DNA of 63,284 nucleotides, filler included, from Atractiella rhizophila (GCA_021432655.1; 23 parts of 23 records of this genome joined end to end with filler, not necessarily neighbours in it), one strand, 5' to 3'; shown: positions 24,169 through 37,655, counted from the first letter of the whole stretch. The notes: generated by a model from the sequence alone, not told the origin. A program made the numbers and translations.

Positions 24169-24981
24169 TCATTTCAGATCTTGGAAGATCTCTGATTCAT
24201 GCTCCTTCATAATTTCATGCGCATCCTCATTTTTCACCCAACTCCCAACACTCAGAGCGCGCTCAACCTCTGGTTCGACGGTTCCTGGGTCACGCGAGCG
24301 AAGCATATACTCTGGCGGAGAGTTAGGATTTGTGCAGTCCCAAACTGTGGAGGGACTGTTCGCCTCTTCCAAACCTTTCTGCATGGTTATGTGCCGCTCT
24401 CACTAGAGCCTAGCTAGGGACTTACCTCCGACCAGAAGCTTGAAGCAGAGCCCCTTTGTCCAGCTATGGCTTGTCCACGCCAAAGAATGAACGGGTAAGT
24501 TAGCTATAAAAGCAGCTCTCTGGCGGAGAGACAATAATACCTCACTTGAGATTCCTATACACTTCACCCAAGTCTTCTCGGCTCGTCACATTTTCTGCGT
24601 ATACCCAGATCTGCTCATCTTCACCTTTTGAATACTAGTTCCAGAATACTCGTTGGTCTCTCGTTAGCCTTCCATTTTCTGCTTGGCTCAGCTCATCCTC
24701 TTGCGAACACAGACACCAATCAAGTTTACAGAGCAGACTGTTGGAATTAACTTCCATTCGCGAAAAGCAAGGTGAGTCTGAAACCTACCTCAAACCATGG
24801 CAGCTGAGAGCGCTGAAATCTGCAATGTTTCTCCATCAGCTACATTAAATGAATCATTCGTGCATATTCCACGCTCCTTCGGACCTCTCTCACCTGTGGT
24901 ATTAGGACTGGTATCATACCCGTCAGAACTCCCACGTTGAACGCTCCTCGAGGATACAAAGTTTATGTGGGGAAAACTCAT
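24169..24981 (-). CDS. Possible small multi-exon gene of unknown function
   Basis: Short open segments bounded by GTAAGT/GTGAGG donors and CAG/TAG acceptors. No motif recognised and exon phases not verified. Confidence 0.25.
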
Positions 24982-26148
24982 GTTGTATGTTATTTATCCG
25001 CCTTGGTACATTTATGCTGAAACGTGACNNNNNNNNNNNNNNNNNNNNNNNNNNNNNNNNNNNNNNNNNNNNTTAATTAATTAANNNNNNNNNNNNNNNN
25101 NNNNNNNNNNNNNNNNNNNNNNNNNNNNAAAGGCTTCTTAAACAAGGTTTTATCTTCAAGGCTCAATTTTCTATTCCTGTTTCTTCAACGTCGTTTATCT
25201 CACCTTCCTTGTTGAGTAATATCTCAGGGAGAAAGGAGTGTTTTCTTAATAAATAAAAAAATTCAAAGCACGCGTTCACCTAACGCACAATATCCTAAAT
25301 ACCTTTTTTTCTGAAGTGTTGTTATACGTCATTTCGTTCCCCTGTCTTTAACCGACAAAAAATTAGTGTCTCCCTCTCTTCTTCAACGCAACCAAAGCGA
25401 TATCTAGACTTGACCTCAACGTTAACGGCCTTTCGAGAAGTGATACGATTTCAATTTCTAGTCTCCTCCGTTTCAGTTCTCCGTCTTTGTAGCCAAATAT
25501 CTTTCTGTACGCACGCGGGTTGATCGTAGGTAAAGTCACTTTTGGTCCTTTGTATGAGTGCCTCTGATATTTTTTTCCGCAGGAATCACATTGAAGCTTT
25601 TCTTGCGATTCCCGATTCGTTTGTAGTACCAGAACGACATCTTTAGCCTTTCTGCTCCATACTCCGAAGTTGTAAGCCTTTCATCAACGATACAGGGTTC
25701 CAGAGGAATTGACGTCGTCCTCTTGCAGTCTTTCCGTTACTGATCCTCTGCGATCTTCGATAAAATCCAACCCCAAAAAAAAACAAGCACCTTTCATCTG
25801 TCTCAACGATTCTTTTCAATACCTTCATATTACGCCCTCGTCCTGCCTACGTCTTCTTCCAACTTCCTTTCAATAACGCGCAAAGGGATCTACAAGAAAT
25901 AACAGATTCTGTTCCTTCCGCTACCCAATACTTGGTGAGTTCTACATGTCACATTATGCTCGTGTCATAATCTCTGGACCAGTGACCATCAGAACGATTT
26001 CTCCTTGAACTATACGTGTCATCTCAAACGCCCGAAAAAAATGCAAACTCAAATGAATATGTCCGAAGTTTTCTCCAGTCAGTACCAACATCCCACCATT
26101 CCGGCCCATTTCCACTTTACTTCTCCTCCCCCGAATATCAACAGTCCT

Positions 26149-27794
26149 ATGTCTGATAAAGTCGCTACTCCGAAACCTCGGCCCAATGCCAAAGTGGCTT
26201 CATCCAATGCCAATGCCGACTATCTTGATGGAAAGCCGCTAATCGAGTTTTCTTCTGGAGGCGAGGAAATGGAAGGAGAGGTCAAAAAGGACGGGAATGA
26301 AACGAGGAATGGAGCTCAGCAGTCGAATGGGCGAAATACGAATCGACGCCTTCTAAAACCAACAACTCCATACGACGATTCCTCTTCCCCGGTCACTACG
26401 GACGAGGACTTTGACGAGAACATGTACAGGAGGTCGTATTATCCAGCCGACGAAGCGGATGACGAAGACGGCGGGGAGGAGAGCGAGCTGGAGGGAAATA
26501 AAGATAGGTTCTGGTTCGAGAATCAACAGAAGGTTGCCGCTCAGAGGAAGCACCATCGAGACTCTCGGGACGAACCGAAAGCTCTCCCAACCGAAAGTCA
26601 GAGCAGTTCTCCGCCGAATCCTCCTGTCCTGTCACAAAGTCATATCGATGCTCTGAGTAATGGATTCCGCATGGCAACTCCTGGATGGGGTCGACCACCT
26701 CAACAAGAGGATGACGCCGATGCGGATACCCCTCCTGCCCAGCTCGACTATTTCCCCTCCCATCGAGTGAACGGAGCCAACGGGTCAACTGCCTCCACCC
26801 CTTCTGCTCGTCCTCCTTCCCCTTCGACCAGTCATGCTCTTGGAGTTCGCGCTGGTAACAAACCATGGGAAGACTCGAAAGGATGGTCGCCTGGGTTACA
26901 ACAGCTTTGGTCTCAGCATCGTCAAACTAATTCCCTCCCCAACGTCCCTTCCGGCTTGGCGAAGAGTCAGACCGGGAGTGCAGGCGAAGGTGATGGAGAA
27001 GAGGAAATCGTATTCCCACGACGCAATCTAAGCATTGGAGGACCGACGAGCGGCTTTTCCATGCTGAATGGGCCTAACACTGTTGCACCGGCCGCTCCAC
27101 AATTGAATGTCAATCCCATCGCTTCCTTGAACAAGGAATCGACGCCAGTCAAGGCCGTTCAACCACCACCGTTCTCTTCTTGGTCACACCCAAGGCAAGG
27201 CTCCGACCTTTCTGGATCGGAAAGGGACAATCAGTCCCCGTCCAATTTCAGCCAGCGATGGTCAAGTGATACTCCTAACACATCTCATTTCCAGAGCCCT
27301 CAAATCGACAAGGATCCTTTGCACAGTCCTAGCTCGAACGATATTAGAGACGTTGAAAAAAGTCCTTCGTCGTCCTCACTTAATTACGACGAATATCACG
27401 GGGTGGAGCAAAGGAGGGGTGCTTCCGGGACAATGCCTTCACTATTCGGATTCGACCAGTCAGGTGGCCAGTTTGGAGAGTTGGTTCAAGAGAGACCTGG
27501 AATGGCAAGACTCAACGGTGACCCTCATGGTTACCAAGACCAGTCTGTTCATCCTCAGGCTCCCGGAATCAATGGATTCAATCCCCATTCTGTCGAATTC
27601 GTTCCCAGGCATCTCCAGCAACAGCCCGAACCAGGTCAACAGCAAATCCCTCGCACCCAGTCTCCTCAACAGCGGCTGTCGAGCCCTGGGCCATCGCCGC
27701 TTCGGAACGAGCAGAAGTTTGATGCTACCACTTATAGTCAAATGCCTCCTGCATCCATAGCTCCTGCCTATGCTCCTCAAGGTCTGGTGTATCC
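26149..27794 (+). CDS. Long disordered Ser/Pro/Gln-rich protein with a PAM2-like motif (3' truncated)
   Basis: ORF of more than 540 codons. NGFNPHSVEFVP at 27571-27606 resembles the PAM2 consensus. ATG follows an apparent 5'UTR intron (GTGAGT 25935 to CAG 26144). Confidence 0.7.
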
Positions 27795-28086
27795 NNNNNN
27801 NNNNNNNNNNNNNNNNNNNNNNNNNNNNNNNNNNNNNNTTAATTAATTAANNNNNNNNNNNNNNNNNNNNNNNNNNNNNNNNNNNNNNNNNNNNAAAGGA
27901 CAAGGGCTCACAATCAAGTACTTGTTGAGTGCATTATCATTCACGTGGTCTATGTGATTATAAAGTAATGTATGTCGAAGCAACGCAAAGACGGAAAGGA
28001 AAGAAGCAAGGACCAACTTGACAGAAGGTAGCAATGAGGGAAGGAACTACGAGTGGAAGGAATTGTTCAAAGAGAGAGCGGAGATG

Positions 28087-28392
28087 TTAAAGACCGTAAT
28101 GAGGACAAGAACGGTTGTTCTTATTGTGTCCAACCCCACCACATTTGCTGCACGTTTGTGACTTCTTGATGCGAGAGCTAGAGGAAGATGTATTTGTAGA
28201 GAGTGGGACAGAGTGAGGGAGGGGGATATCGATGTCGCGGAACATGCGTGCACAACGAGATTCCGACCGACATGTCGGGCTTACGGATTTTTCCATGTTA
28301 TGGCCGGAGTGATCGGGCGAAATCGTCGGCTCCACAGCAAAACCTTGGCGAAAATAAGTTAAGCTCTGATTAGCGCCTTCCAGTCTGTCCAA
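28087..28392 (-). other. Short ORF fragment ending in a CCHC zinc knuckle
   Basis: CSKCGGVGHNKNNRSCP (C-x2-C-x4-H-x6-C). No clear upstream exon. Confidence 0.5.
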
Positions 28393-28487
28393 TCCCCTAT
28401 ATACTCAAAATTCCATTCAAATTATTTTAGCTGACTGCTGTTTATAAAAACATGCACCAAAATGACATTATTAACCAACAGAATACA

Positions 28488-30557
28488 TCACTCACGAAGA
28501 AGAAGTGGCCCAGCGCTGTCTGTTATCTCTTTCCACCTTTTATCTTGTAAGACCCGTTCCATTTCTCCTCGAACGTAGTCGTGAGATTGAAACAGATTCC
28601 ATGCTCTCTGCTGCTCAGTGAGCTCCACTTTCAACCTCCTTGCGGCTGTATCATCCAGCTCCATCCCAGCGAACCTCAGCTGCACCTGTTTCAACGGCTC
28701 CATCTCAGACCCCGCCCCCGCCTCTTCATCCTCTTTGGTTTTAGTTGTATCATCGAGGGCCACTTGGAATCTGACAGCATCAGCTAGCGGGTTGAGCAGA
28801 CTTTCGAGGAGGAGTCGTAGTTGAAGAGTGATCAGTTTCAAATCTCCTGCCGGCCCTCTTATCAAACCGAACTTTGACAGGTGGGCATCTTCATTATTGT
28901 CTTTGCGGTCGAAGGCCTTGAGGTGCGACCTTCGCTCTTGTTCGGTCATTCGAACTGAGCCACAATTCAAGATTAGCCAAAGGAGGACGTAAACAAAAGA
29001 TTCAATGTCGTCGGCGACACAATGTTTCACCCTAGGTTTTTGGATGAGTCGAAGGGACAAGAATTGATAAGTGCCCTAAATTTCCACTTAGATGAAGTTG
29101 TAGCGGACATGTGCTGATTTTCACACTTACAGTTCGTTCGGGCAGCCGTGCCGTCACTTTGTCGTTGTCCTTTGCGAACTCCCAATCTATGAGCATTCCT
29201 CGCGCTTCACCATCTTCGGTTCGTAACAACAGTATGTTCCCAACAGAGACATCTCGATGTAGCAAGTTAGCGTACTGGACAGCCTGCTGGTGTGCTGAAA
29301 CCCATGTCACTCATTGTGAAGAGAAGAAGAGGAAACAAACCTGTGAAAGCATCGAACAGAACCTTAACCAGTTCCCAACTCGACTTGAAGTTGGACAGCG
29401 GCTCTCCAACTTCGTTCAGGACAATCCTATAATGCTTCATTCTAGCCCCGTTCGCCCCAGTCGCTTCCTGCAAAGGATTCTGGGTCTCAACGTCCTGATC
29501 AACGAGAACAGTGGGGATATTTTTGACTTTTCTCTCGTGCAGAAGGCCGTATATGGTTCCTTCCTTCTCGTACTCCGTCTTGCGCCACGTATCCTTCAGC
29601 AAAACGATTTGCTTGCTTCTTGGCGCATAGGCGCGGTAACATTTTGTTCCACGCCCAACCGCCCACAAATGGCTCCTTGTGAAGGGCTGAGAGATGTAGA
29701 AACTGTCCCTGCCCACCAAAACCTTGAAAAGAGGAGCGTTGTCTTCCAGATGCAACGACTTTCTCGCTGCTTCTGCCAAAGGATCATCCCTGGATCGTAT
29801 GAAAGTGATATCATAGCCTCTTTGTTCGGGGGCAGCGTGAGTATAGCGGTCGATGTAATCGGATAACGAATTATCCAACCTGACATCGAACCTTTGAGAC
29901 ACTTTCGATCCGGCGCGAGAGTGGACAATGAGGCGTGCCACGGCGCCATGGAGAGAAAAGGAGAAGACACGAGTACGGTGTTGCAATGTCTGGATAACGG
30001 TATTGTAAACGGTAATTTGACCTCGGATTTCTCGTGCAACCTTAGAGTCCCGTTCGAAAGGGGAGCGTTTGGACTCGAAGGAATCCGTTATTTTCTCTGT
30101 CTTGAGCTCAGCAAACATGTCCACATCGCGCATACTGTTCCCTTCCACCGCGACCGCGTCCGCCGAATACAACACTACGTCAGGTTTTACCGCAGAATAG
30201 TTGTAAACAGGATGTATTGTTTTGTCGGGGAGCGTAGACGTGTCGACCCAGTGCCAATCGCGAGCGAGGTAGCGGTCCAAGCCAGTGATCTATACTGCTT
30301 CTCAACCTATCGCAATCACCTCAGTTCTGAACACTCACCACTTGAGAATACAGTTCGTTTTTATTGGAAACTGGTACAGAGATATCGATTGGGTGAGGAG
30401 CTGGCCGTGATTCCGAGTAGCTCTTAGGTGCAGGGAGCATGTCAAGAATTTCCTTCACAGAAACCTCCTCGAATTTTCCACGGACATCGCGCTCTGCAAA
30501 AACATAGGCGTGCTCAGCATTAGACGACAAGGAGAAAGGTGTAGTAGCGTTGTCTGA
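28488..30557 (-). CDS. Fungal-specific protein kinase (FunK1/Pkinase_fungal), 5' truncated
   Basis: KPD...FAELK, RGQITVY, GRGT, LKDTW, LLHRDVSVGNILL, LIDWEFA, T/GTYQFLS, HCVADDIESFVYVLLW; several introns. Confidence 0.93.
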
Positions 30558-30657
30558 NNNNNNNNNNNNNNNNNNNNNNNNNNNNNNNNNNNNNNNNNNN
30601 NTTAATTAATTAANNNNNNNNNNNNNNNNNNNNNNNNNNNNNNNNNNNNNNNNNNNN

Positions 30658-31703
30658 ACCTTGGCATATCCATATCCACATGAGAAAGGGTTGACAACTG
30701 AGTTGCAGGTTGAGGAGTTTCTGGCACAGAAAATGCATCCACTGCCTCTGCTTTCGTTCTTGTAAACTTTCGCTCTAACCCATCCTCCTCTCGCCAAAGC
30801 TTATGAACTTCGTTCAGCTGTTCCTGCAAGAAAAATTGAGCTTTGAAGTGATCTGCACAAGAGCTTGAGCTCAGGATGAAGTGATTCCATCACACCGATC
30901 ATCGCTTCTTTTCCGGTTTGATGGACATTTTTCCACACTGACCGGCGATAGCTTGTTTGAGACAGAAAATCAGTAAGGATCATACGTGCACTCGTCCTAA
31001 TGAATGATTCAGTGGAGACGCGAACTCCTTCCTCATTGACAAGCCAGGTCAGCTTCTCGGGCGGCTTGTTTCCTGATTCTACTTGAGTCTTCTTCCAATG
31101 ATTCCAAACTGTCTCCATCCAAAAATGCTCGGGAATTGTGCTGGGACATGTAGGAGAAATCGACTCGTATTCGTACTTCTGTGGTTGCCATCTGGCAGGG
31201 ATATCAATGTTTCCAGTGCCCCGTAGAACTGCTTGACGTGCGCGGAGAGTGCTGGAGGGAAGAGACGGGGTGGATGAATTTGTTGTAACGACAGGGGAGC
31301 GGAGTGACAGAGCAGTTGTAGTATTTTCCCTGAAACTCATATACAGATAGGCCCCTTAAAAATTGAAATACTCACAAGCTCTCTACTTTTCCTTCTAAGA
31401 ACTTGATCCTCAGTAAAAGCCGCATCACGGTAGTATTACCCGCTTCAAAAAGTGTCGCCTGGTTAGCTTTTCGAATTGCAGCCATCTCGGTAAGGGAAAA
31501 GGTCTGTAGTGATGCTGTCTCGGCCTCAAGATTGCTAAAATAATGCCCTGAAAGATAATTGATCAGAAGAATTGGAGTTGTCCAGAGAACTGACCTTGCT
31601 CCGTTGCAACATTCGAATGGTCATTAACATGGTCAAAGCGATCCTGACGTCTGGGGAAAAGAAAATCGCTCATAGGATCGACGGGAGGCTGAGATGTATT
31701 CAT
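30658..31703 (-). CDS. Unknown gene head-to-head with the transposase; probable CACTA accessory ORF
   Basis: At least three exons from ATG 31703. C-terminal HPELKL/CADHFKA motif with a 1-nt frameshift at about 30860. Accessory role inferred from position. Confidence 0.55.
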
Positions 31704-31822
31704 TTTGAAAGAAGTTGCGAAGCAAAATTTGTCGAAGGATAGCTTCACATGGCATTCACTCGGAAGCGAACTATATGATAACAACATGTGTCAGTGTATG
31801 ATAAATGATGAAATAAGAGAGA

Positions 31823-33313
31823 ATGAGCATAACAGGGAGTGAGGAAGCCTACTATTGTGATTGCAAGACGTTTTGTGGAGGAGTCTGGACACAGATCAAG
31901 CGCTCGACGGCATTTAAGCATGAGAGGGTTCGAAAGGATTTGGAACAAGCTGGAGAAGGTGGTGTAGACTGGCCAAGTGGATCGAATAATCATAGAACAG
32001 GAGGGATGGATGAGTTGAGACTAGTTTGTTATCTACCCATCGATGTGGATCAGTACTGATATTTCTTTCATAGCCAGCAGAGTTTGAGAGACAACATGAG
32101 ATACCTGAATCTGTTGGGCTGTGCCAGAATTCCGATAATTTTTGGGATGAAGCGGTTGGGAGAGATCTTGGACTGAGTTCAAAGAGGTGTCAAGAACAGG
32201 AAGATGAAGAGAAAGATGTCGAAGAGGCTGATGAGGTTCATTCTTCGGTGGATGAAGACAGCTCGGAGTCTGATGGAGAAGAAGGTCCAAGTGGCGATGA
32301 TAAGAATCCTAGGGACAGTGAAAGGGAGGATGACATAAGAAATAGTGAGAAGGGATGTGAGAGTGAAGACGGGCCTGAAGTAGCTGATCGTGGGTATTTG
32401 CTCCGACATGATCGAACTCTGTGACTTTCTTGATAATTCCCGGACAGTGGATTCGAGGCTTGCACAAGATGTCTGGGAACATGATCGCTTCATTCAAGAG
32501 CAATTCAAGTTGTACAAATCAATGGGTTTTACACAAGTTGTCTCTCCGGAAGAGGAGTATCGTTACCGCCCTCTGGCAGAAGAGGAGATGATATCTGTAG
32601 AGCTTTACATGACTTGTCATGGTCGAGCAGCAGGTGAAGTCTACAAGGACCTACGGCAACTGCACCTCAAGCGATTCCAAACTGAGGCACTTACACTCGA
32701 AGCTGTTCAGAAGCTGGTTAGGGAACGAAGTCGTATTATCCCAGAATCTTTCGACATGTGCTCCCAATCCCACATGGCATATACTGGGCTCTGGAAGGAT
32801 CGAACCAATTGTCCCAAATGTGGCGAGTCTCGATATTTCACCAAAACAAACCAGAGCGGCCGCTCTATTCAAGTTTCACGGAGGAAGTACTACGTTGTGC
32901 CTTTCGAAGTTCCACTTCAAGCCCGTTGGTCAACTTCAGCAGGAGCCAAATTATCGAAGCATCGAGCTGAACAGACCGCTCTCTTGACCGAATCCTACCC
33001 TCCTGGAAGCATGGTTGATGAACTCAATGACATTTACTGTGGCCGTGATTATCTTCAAGCAGTACATGACCTCAAGATTCTTCCAACAGATTGTGTCTTA
33101 GCGCTTTCCCTCGACGGGGCACAAATCTACAACACAAAGAAACCTTCAGACTCTATTTTCATCATTCTTATCGACTATAATTTACCACCAGAGGTCCGCT
33201 ATAAGCAACAATTTGTTATCCCACTGGCCATTATTCCCGGCCCACATCCACCATGGAATCAAAACTCTTTTCTTCTCCCAATCTTCGATCGCATCAAATC
33301 TTTGCATGCAACC
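31823..33313 (+). mobile_element. CACTA/En-Spm (Transposase_21) transposase, 3' truncated
   Basis: N-terminal CDCKTFC...H, an acidic tract, DMCSQSHMAYTG...CPKCGESRY, DIYCG, LSLDGAQ, YNLPPEVRYK, IIPGPHPP...SFLLP. One 1-nt frameshift near 32393. Confidence 0.9.
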
Positions 33314-33757
33314 NNNNNNNNNNNNNNNNNNNNNNNNNNNNNNNNNNNNNNNNNNNNTTAATTAATTAANNNNNNNNNNNNNNNNNNNNNNNNNNNNNNN
33401 NNNNNNNNNNNNNTCTACTCGTCACAGCGGGAAAGCTGGAGGTTGAGCAGGACTGGGCGGTTGTATGTGTAAGAGCTAACAGGTCGAGTAAGTGGCTCAT
33501 CGCATGGTCGTCGGTGTAGCGTCGTCGGGAGGTTGCTCAGGGCTGAGAGATAAAAGCGGAGAGCCAATGGGGATCTGGATCGATCCATTTCAGTCGCCAT
33601 TGAGGCGATCTCAGAGCTTTGGAGTGAGATTGAATGACGGTGTCTATTCATTTCCGCTCTTTATCATTCCCCATCCTCTATTGCCAACTTCCTCCGCTTT
33701 GCATCCACCTGGCCGCCATCCATCCTTCATCAACAAATCAAAGCCTAGACTGACACG

Positions 33758-36068
33758 ATGGCACGCAGATCGTCCTCGCGCGATTCCCTCGACTCAATCA
33801 TCGAGAAACTGTCCAATTCTCCCTCAGCCCAACCCCCGAAATACGTCCTCCCCCCTCCAAGGTATTCGGTCATGTCCAAAAGCGGGCTGACCCGCAACAA
33901 ATCCACATCCTCCATTCCCTCCACTTCCTCCATCTCCTCCTCCACCCACGAATCAACGTCCGCTTCAGCGTCGGCCTCCAAGCGGGTGGCGAGAGCACCG
34001 AGAGTGCAAAGGACTTACGCTCCTCCGTCGACGAAGGTTCTGGTGGATTCGGAGGAAGAAGCGGTGGATGGGATCGGAAAGAGGGAGAGGAGGAGAAGTA
34101 ATGGGAAAGGGAAGGAGAGGGAAAGGGATCGGTCACAGGTGCGAGAGGAGGATGGGGACGAGGAGCGTGTGACAGAGTGGAGCGAGAACATGTGGCTTTG
34201 GGAGAGAGAGCCTTTTGCATCTGGTTCGGCCGGTGGAGGAGGAGGAGGGAACAAGAACTTGATCAAGGACGTCCCGGCAGCGGTCAGGAGAAAGATCGGA
34301 AAGCGGGAAAGTTCCCAACTGCTATCTGGGGCAGAGCTTATGGCCGGGAACGGGACAGGAAGTGTTTCCGGCGGAGAGAGGATGTTGAGGGAAAAGACCA
34401 CTAAATCAAACATGTATGGCCCTGGTGCCAACTTTTTAGGACCGTCGCAGAGCGGTTGTACTGGGACCAGAGGAGAGGGTGTTTGGACCCCGGTCGTGGT
34501 AACTGTTAGGGAGAATGGTACCATGCTGATTTACTCCGAGGTACGCTGTCTCCTCTTTCGCTGAGGGAAGACAGATAGTAACATGGATGATATTTGAAGG
34601 CCAATATCCTCAAATATCGGCTACATCTTACGACTTATTCCCGCACTGACATTCGTCAAGTCGATGTCTCGCTCTTCCAGAAACCACATGTCGTCTCCCT
34701 CCACCGCGCAGGTCTCTCTTCCCGTCCCTCCACTTCCTCCAACCATCCTACCACCCAGGAGGTTTTGTCCGCCTACGCCGCCTCTACCACCTCCGCCCCA
34801 CCCATGTCTTCCTCACTCTCCACACAGGATCGCGACCCCATATCCCTGTCCTTCCTCCCCGACGCCGAAGAGTCCCTCTTTTTTCTCCTTCCCAATCGAC
34901 AGGCGTATGAACGTACCTTCGCCATCTTCAGTGCCCACTCCAAACCAGAAATTTACCCTTATTTGCCCCATAGAGAGGGGATGTTCGTCTACGATCCACC
35001 AACCAAGTGGGAGGGTCTGAAGACCAAGCTCTCCCGGGATACGAAGCAGCAATGTCGGATATGGAGGAGCGTGGAACTCTCAATCAACGAAGGTCGTTCT
35101 TTAGGTCTCAAGTACTCAACGAACGACTCCAACACCGTCCTCGAAGGCATATTGGGATCGAGCCGCCTCTATTTTGCCCGTCCGACAAGCCCCGCTTCTC
35201 CTTCTTCTGTGAGCGTGAGCTTGAAGGAGGACGGTCTGTCTTTTATCCCTCAGAGCACGAAGAGGAAGGAGGAGAAAGAATCGGATGGCCTCTTTCAAAC
35301 CCAACCTAGCTTTTTCACCCAGATCCTCCTCGATGGTGAAGTTGCAGCAAGGACCTTACCCGCAAAAGGAAGTGGAGCGGCGTGGAATGCACACTTCGTG
35401 TTCAGGTGCGTCATGTGCTACGCCATCTAGGCGTTTTGCAAACGAAATCTGATGATGACTGACAAAGCAACCTCGGTCCCTATTCCAAACCAATCATCAT
35501 TGAGGTCTACCAACAACGTGGCGGGAAGACAACGCATCTTGGTAACGTGGCCCTCGACCTCTCCATCTTTCCCAATGGTCAGAAGACGGAGGAGTGGTAT
35601 GGTATCGTTGGCGGTGGAGGACGAGAGCTGATCGGAGAGCTCAATCTCGGTGTGAAGACTGTCGAACAACCGGTACTCGTGAAGGGAGAATATGGGGAAC
35701 TGGCCGATGTGCGTCTTTCTTATTCTTAGATTTTCCCAGACAATATCCTGACAATCCATGATTGGATAGTTGTTATTGGAGGATGAGGAGCTCCAAGTGG
35801 CGAGAGAGGTTGCTTCCGAAATCTTAGAGGTCGGTCAATACGCCGGAATCATGCTACGCATCTTCGACGCGTCCGATCAAGCCGTGCAGCGTATCGTGCA
35901 AATGGCACGCGTCGAAATCTCCACTTTCTCAGCGAACCCGACGACGCTCTTCAGGGGAAATACGCTCTTCACCAAACTCGTGGAAGCTTTCATGAGATGG
36001 CGAGGAATGGACTACGTGGACAAAGCTGTCGGCGGAGTGGTGCGCAAAATATGTGCAGAGAAGGTCGT
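33758..36068 (+). CDS. C2-domain plus RasGAP protein (Bud2/Cla2-like), 3' truncated
   Basis: DIRQVDVSLF, RIWRSVELSINEGR, LDGEVAART...WNAHFVF (C2 domain) and TTLFRGNTLFTKLVE (RasGAP). Confidence 0.88.
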
Positions 36069-37655
36069 NNNNNNNNNNNNNNNNNNNNNNNNNNNNNNNN
36101 NNNNNNNNNNNNTTAATTAATTAANNNNNNNNNNNNNNNNNNNNNNNNNNNNNNNNNNNNNNNNNNNNAAGACACACCCAAGATTCTCGACCTTCATCCT
36201 GATGCAGATGTTCAGAGACGACGACCTTTCACAGAGCGGAAAGAGCAACTGGCTAAAGCTTTATGCAGCACTAACCAATGCTTTAACTCCTCTCGATGCC
36301 ACTATTCCTTCAAGTTCTTGATATCGTGGGTTCGCTCAACAGGATGTTTTGCCAGTCCCAATCATGTGCCGCCCATCCTTTTAGATACAACGTTGATAAA
36401 AATAAATGTTATTGCCATCACAAAAAGGCACAATGGGTAGGTGTAACGAAGCTGATAAATTACCGATCTTCTACCTTAAGATGAAGTCTGCCGTCCCTGT
36501 GAAGGGCGTATGACTTTCTTTAGCCGCTGGAGGCCATTTCGATTTGTTATGGGATTGGAGACACCCATCGAACCATCGTGGGAAGGCTTGCTGCCCTCTG
36601 TTCCCATCGAATTCGTACACGACGATGATGGTAATTAGACACAAGCGATCCAGAGGGGTTGAGGCATGGCAGCAGTGAGGGCATGTATCTCCAGAACCAT
36701 CTGAGTCCAAGCATCTGGATATGGGACCATTACGAAACCACCGACATACAAACTCGGAAGAAGAATGAGCCATCAGCCTTACCCGTCTCCGCATGCCGAC
36801 AGATCGAGCAGACTAGAACCTCATGAGTTGTGTTAAAGTCATGATCAGACAGATGACTAACACGGCTACTCATTTCTATATTCCCACGTGGAAATCGCGT
36901 AGAGTCCGTCTGGGACTTTGATGTTGTGATGACATAAGACCCTGCATTATATGTTTGGACCAACATTCTGAACCAATCATTCAGGGAGGATTGACTAAAA
37001 GCGTGGGAAACTCACCTCCAACAACTCGAGTTTCTCTTTTATTATTAGGTCGGTGTTGAGTAGAGACAGCCTCAAAGACAAAGCAGGTTGCAACTTTCTC
37101 CCAACCGATTCTATTCAAGACATTGTGAAGCATCAAGTTTCAAAGACGAGCGAAAGATCAAGGAAAGTGGATGTGTGGCTGAGCTGTTAACATTTTTATT
37201 GCAAAGGGTCATGAAATGGGAAGCTGAGAACTGAGACCAAGCTTCGTAAAATATGAAGACGTGAAAGAAAGACTGTTTGAGAGAAGAACAACATGCGCGG
37301 CACTGGGATACACTCATGGATTGCTTCGACCGAGTCTACCCCATTGCATGATGATAGTATTCATGTTCACAGCGCGATGTGTCTTCCTCCTGTACACTCG
37401 GAATGCAAAGATTTGTGACAAGCAACCCCAACCCGAGCTCAGCTCATCGCTCATCTTTTTTTGAGACCAGAGATTTGTGATGCGGACGCGAGAGGGACAA
37501 GGTCGATATTAAGAACCGGAGCTTGCAGGTACGCATCCAACTACCCTGTCGATTTTTCGCAAACTGCGTTGACGCGTTACTGCACTTTTCCATGAAGCCG
37601 GAACTGCCTGGAGGGTGATACGATCAAAGGCCATCATTTTTGAAACTGCTTATTG

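Noticed and set aside
29111..30427. Long plus-strand ORFs antisense to the FunK1 kinase (and similar shadow ORFs at 1714-2160, 18240-19041 and 61194-61766)
   Set aside because: They have no motifs and are explained as antisense or alternative-frame shadows of real genes.
19590..33313. Apparent cluster of transposases and kinases as one giant mobile element
   Set aside because: The genes lie on separate contigs ordered only by length.
36169..37500. Short Cys/His-containing minus-strand ORFs as a zinc-finger gene
   Set aside because: I could not assemble a consistent exon chain or a recognised motif.
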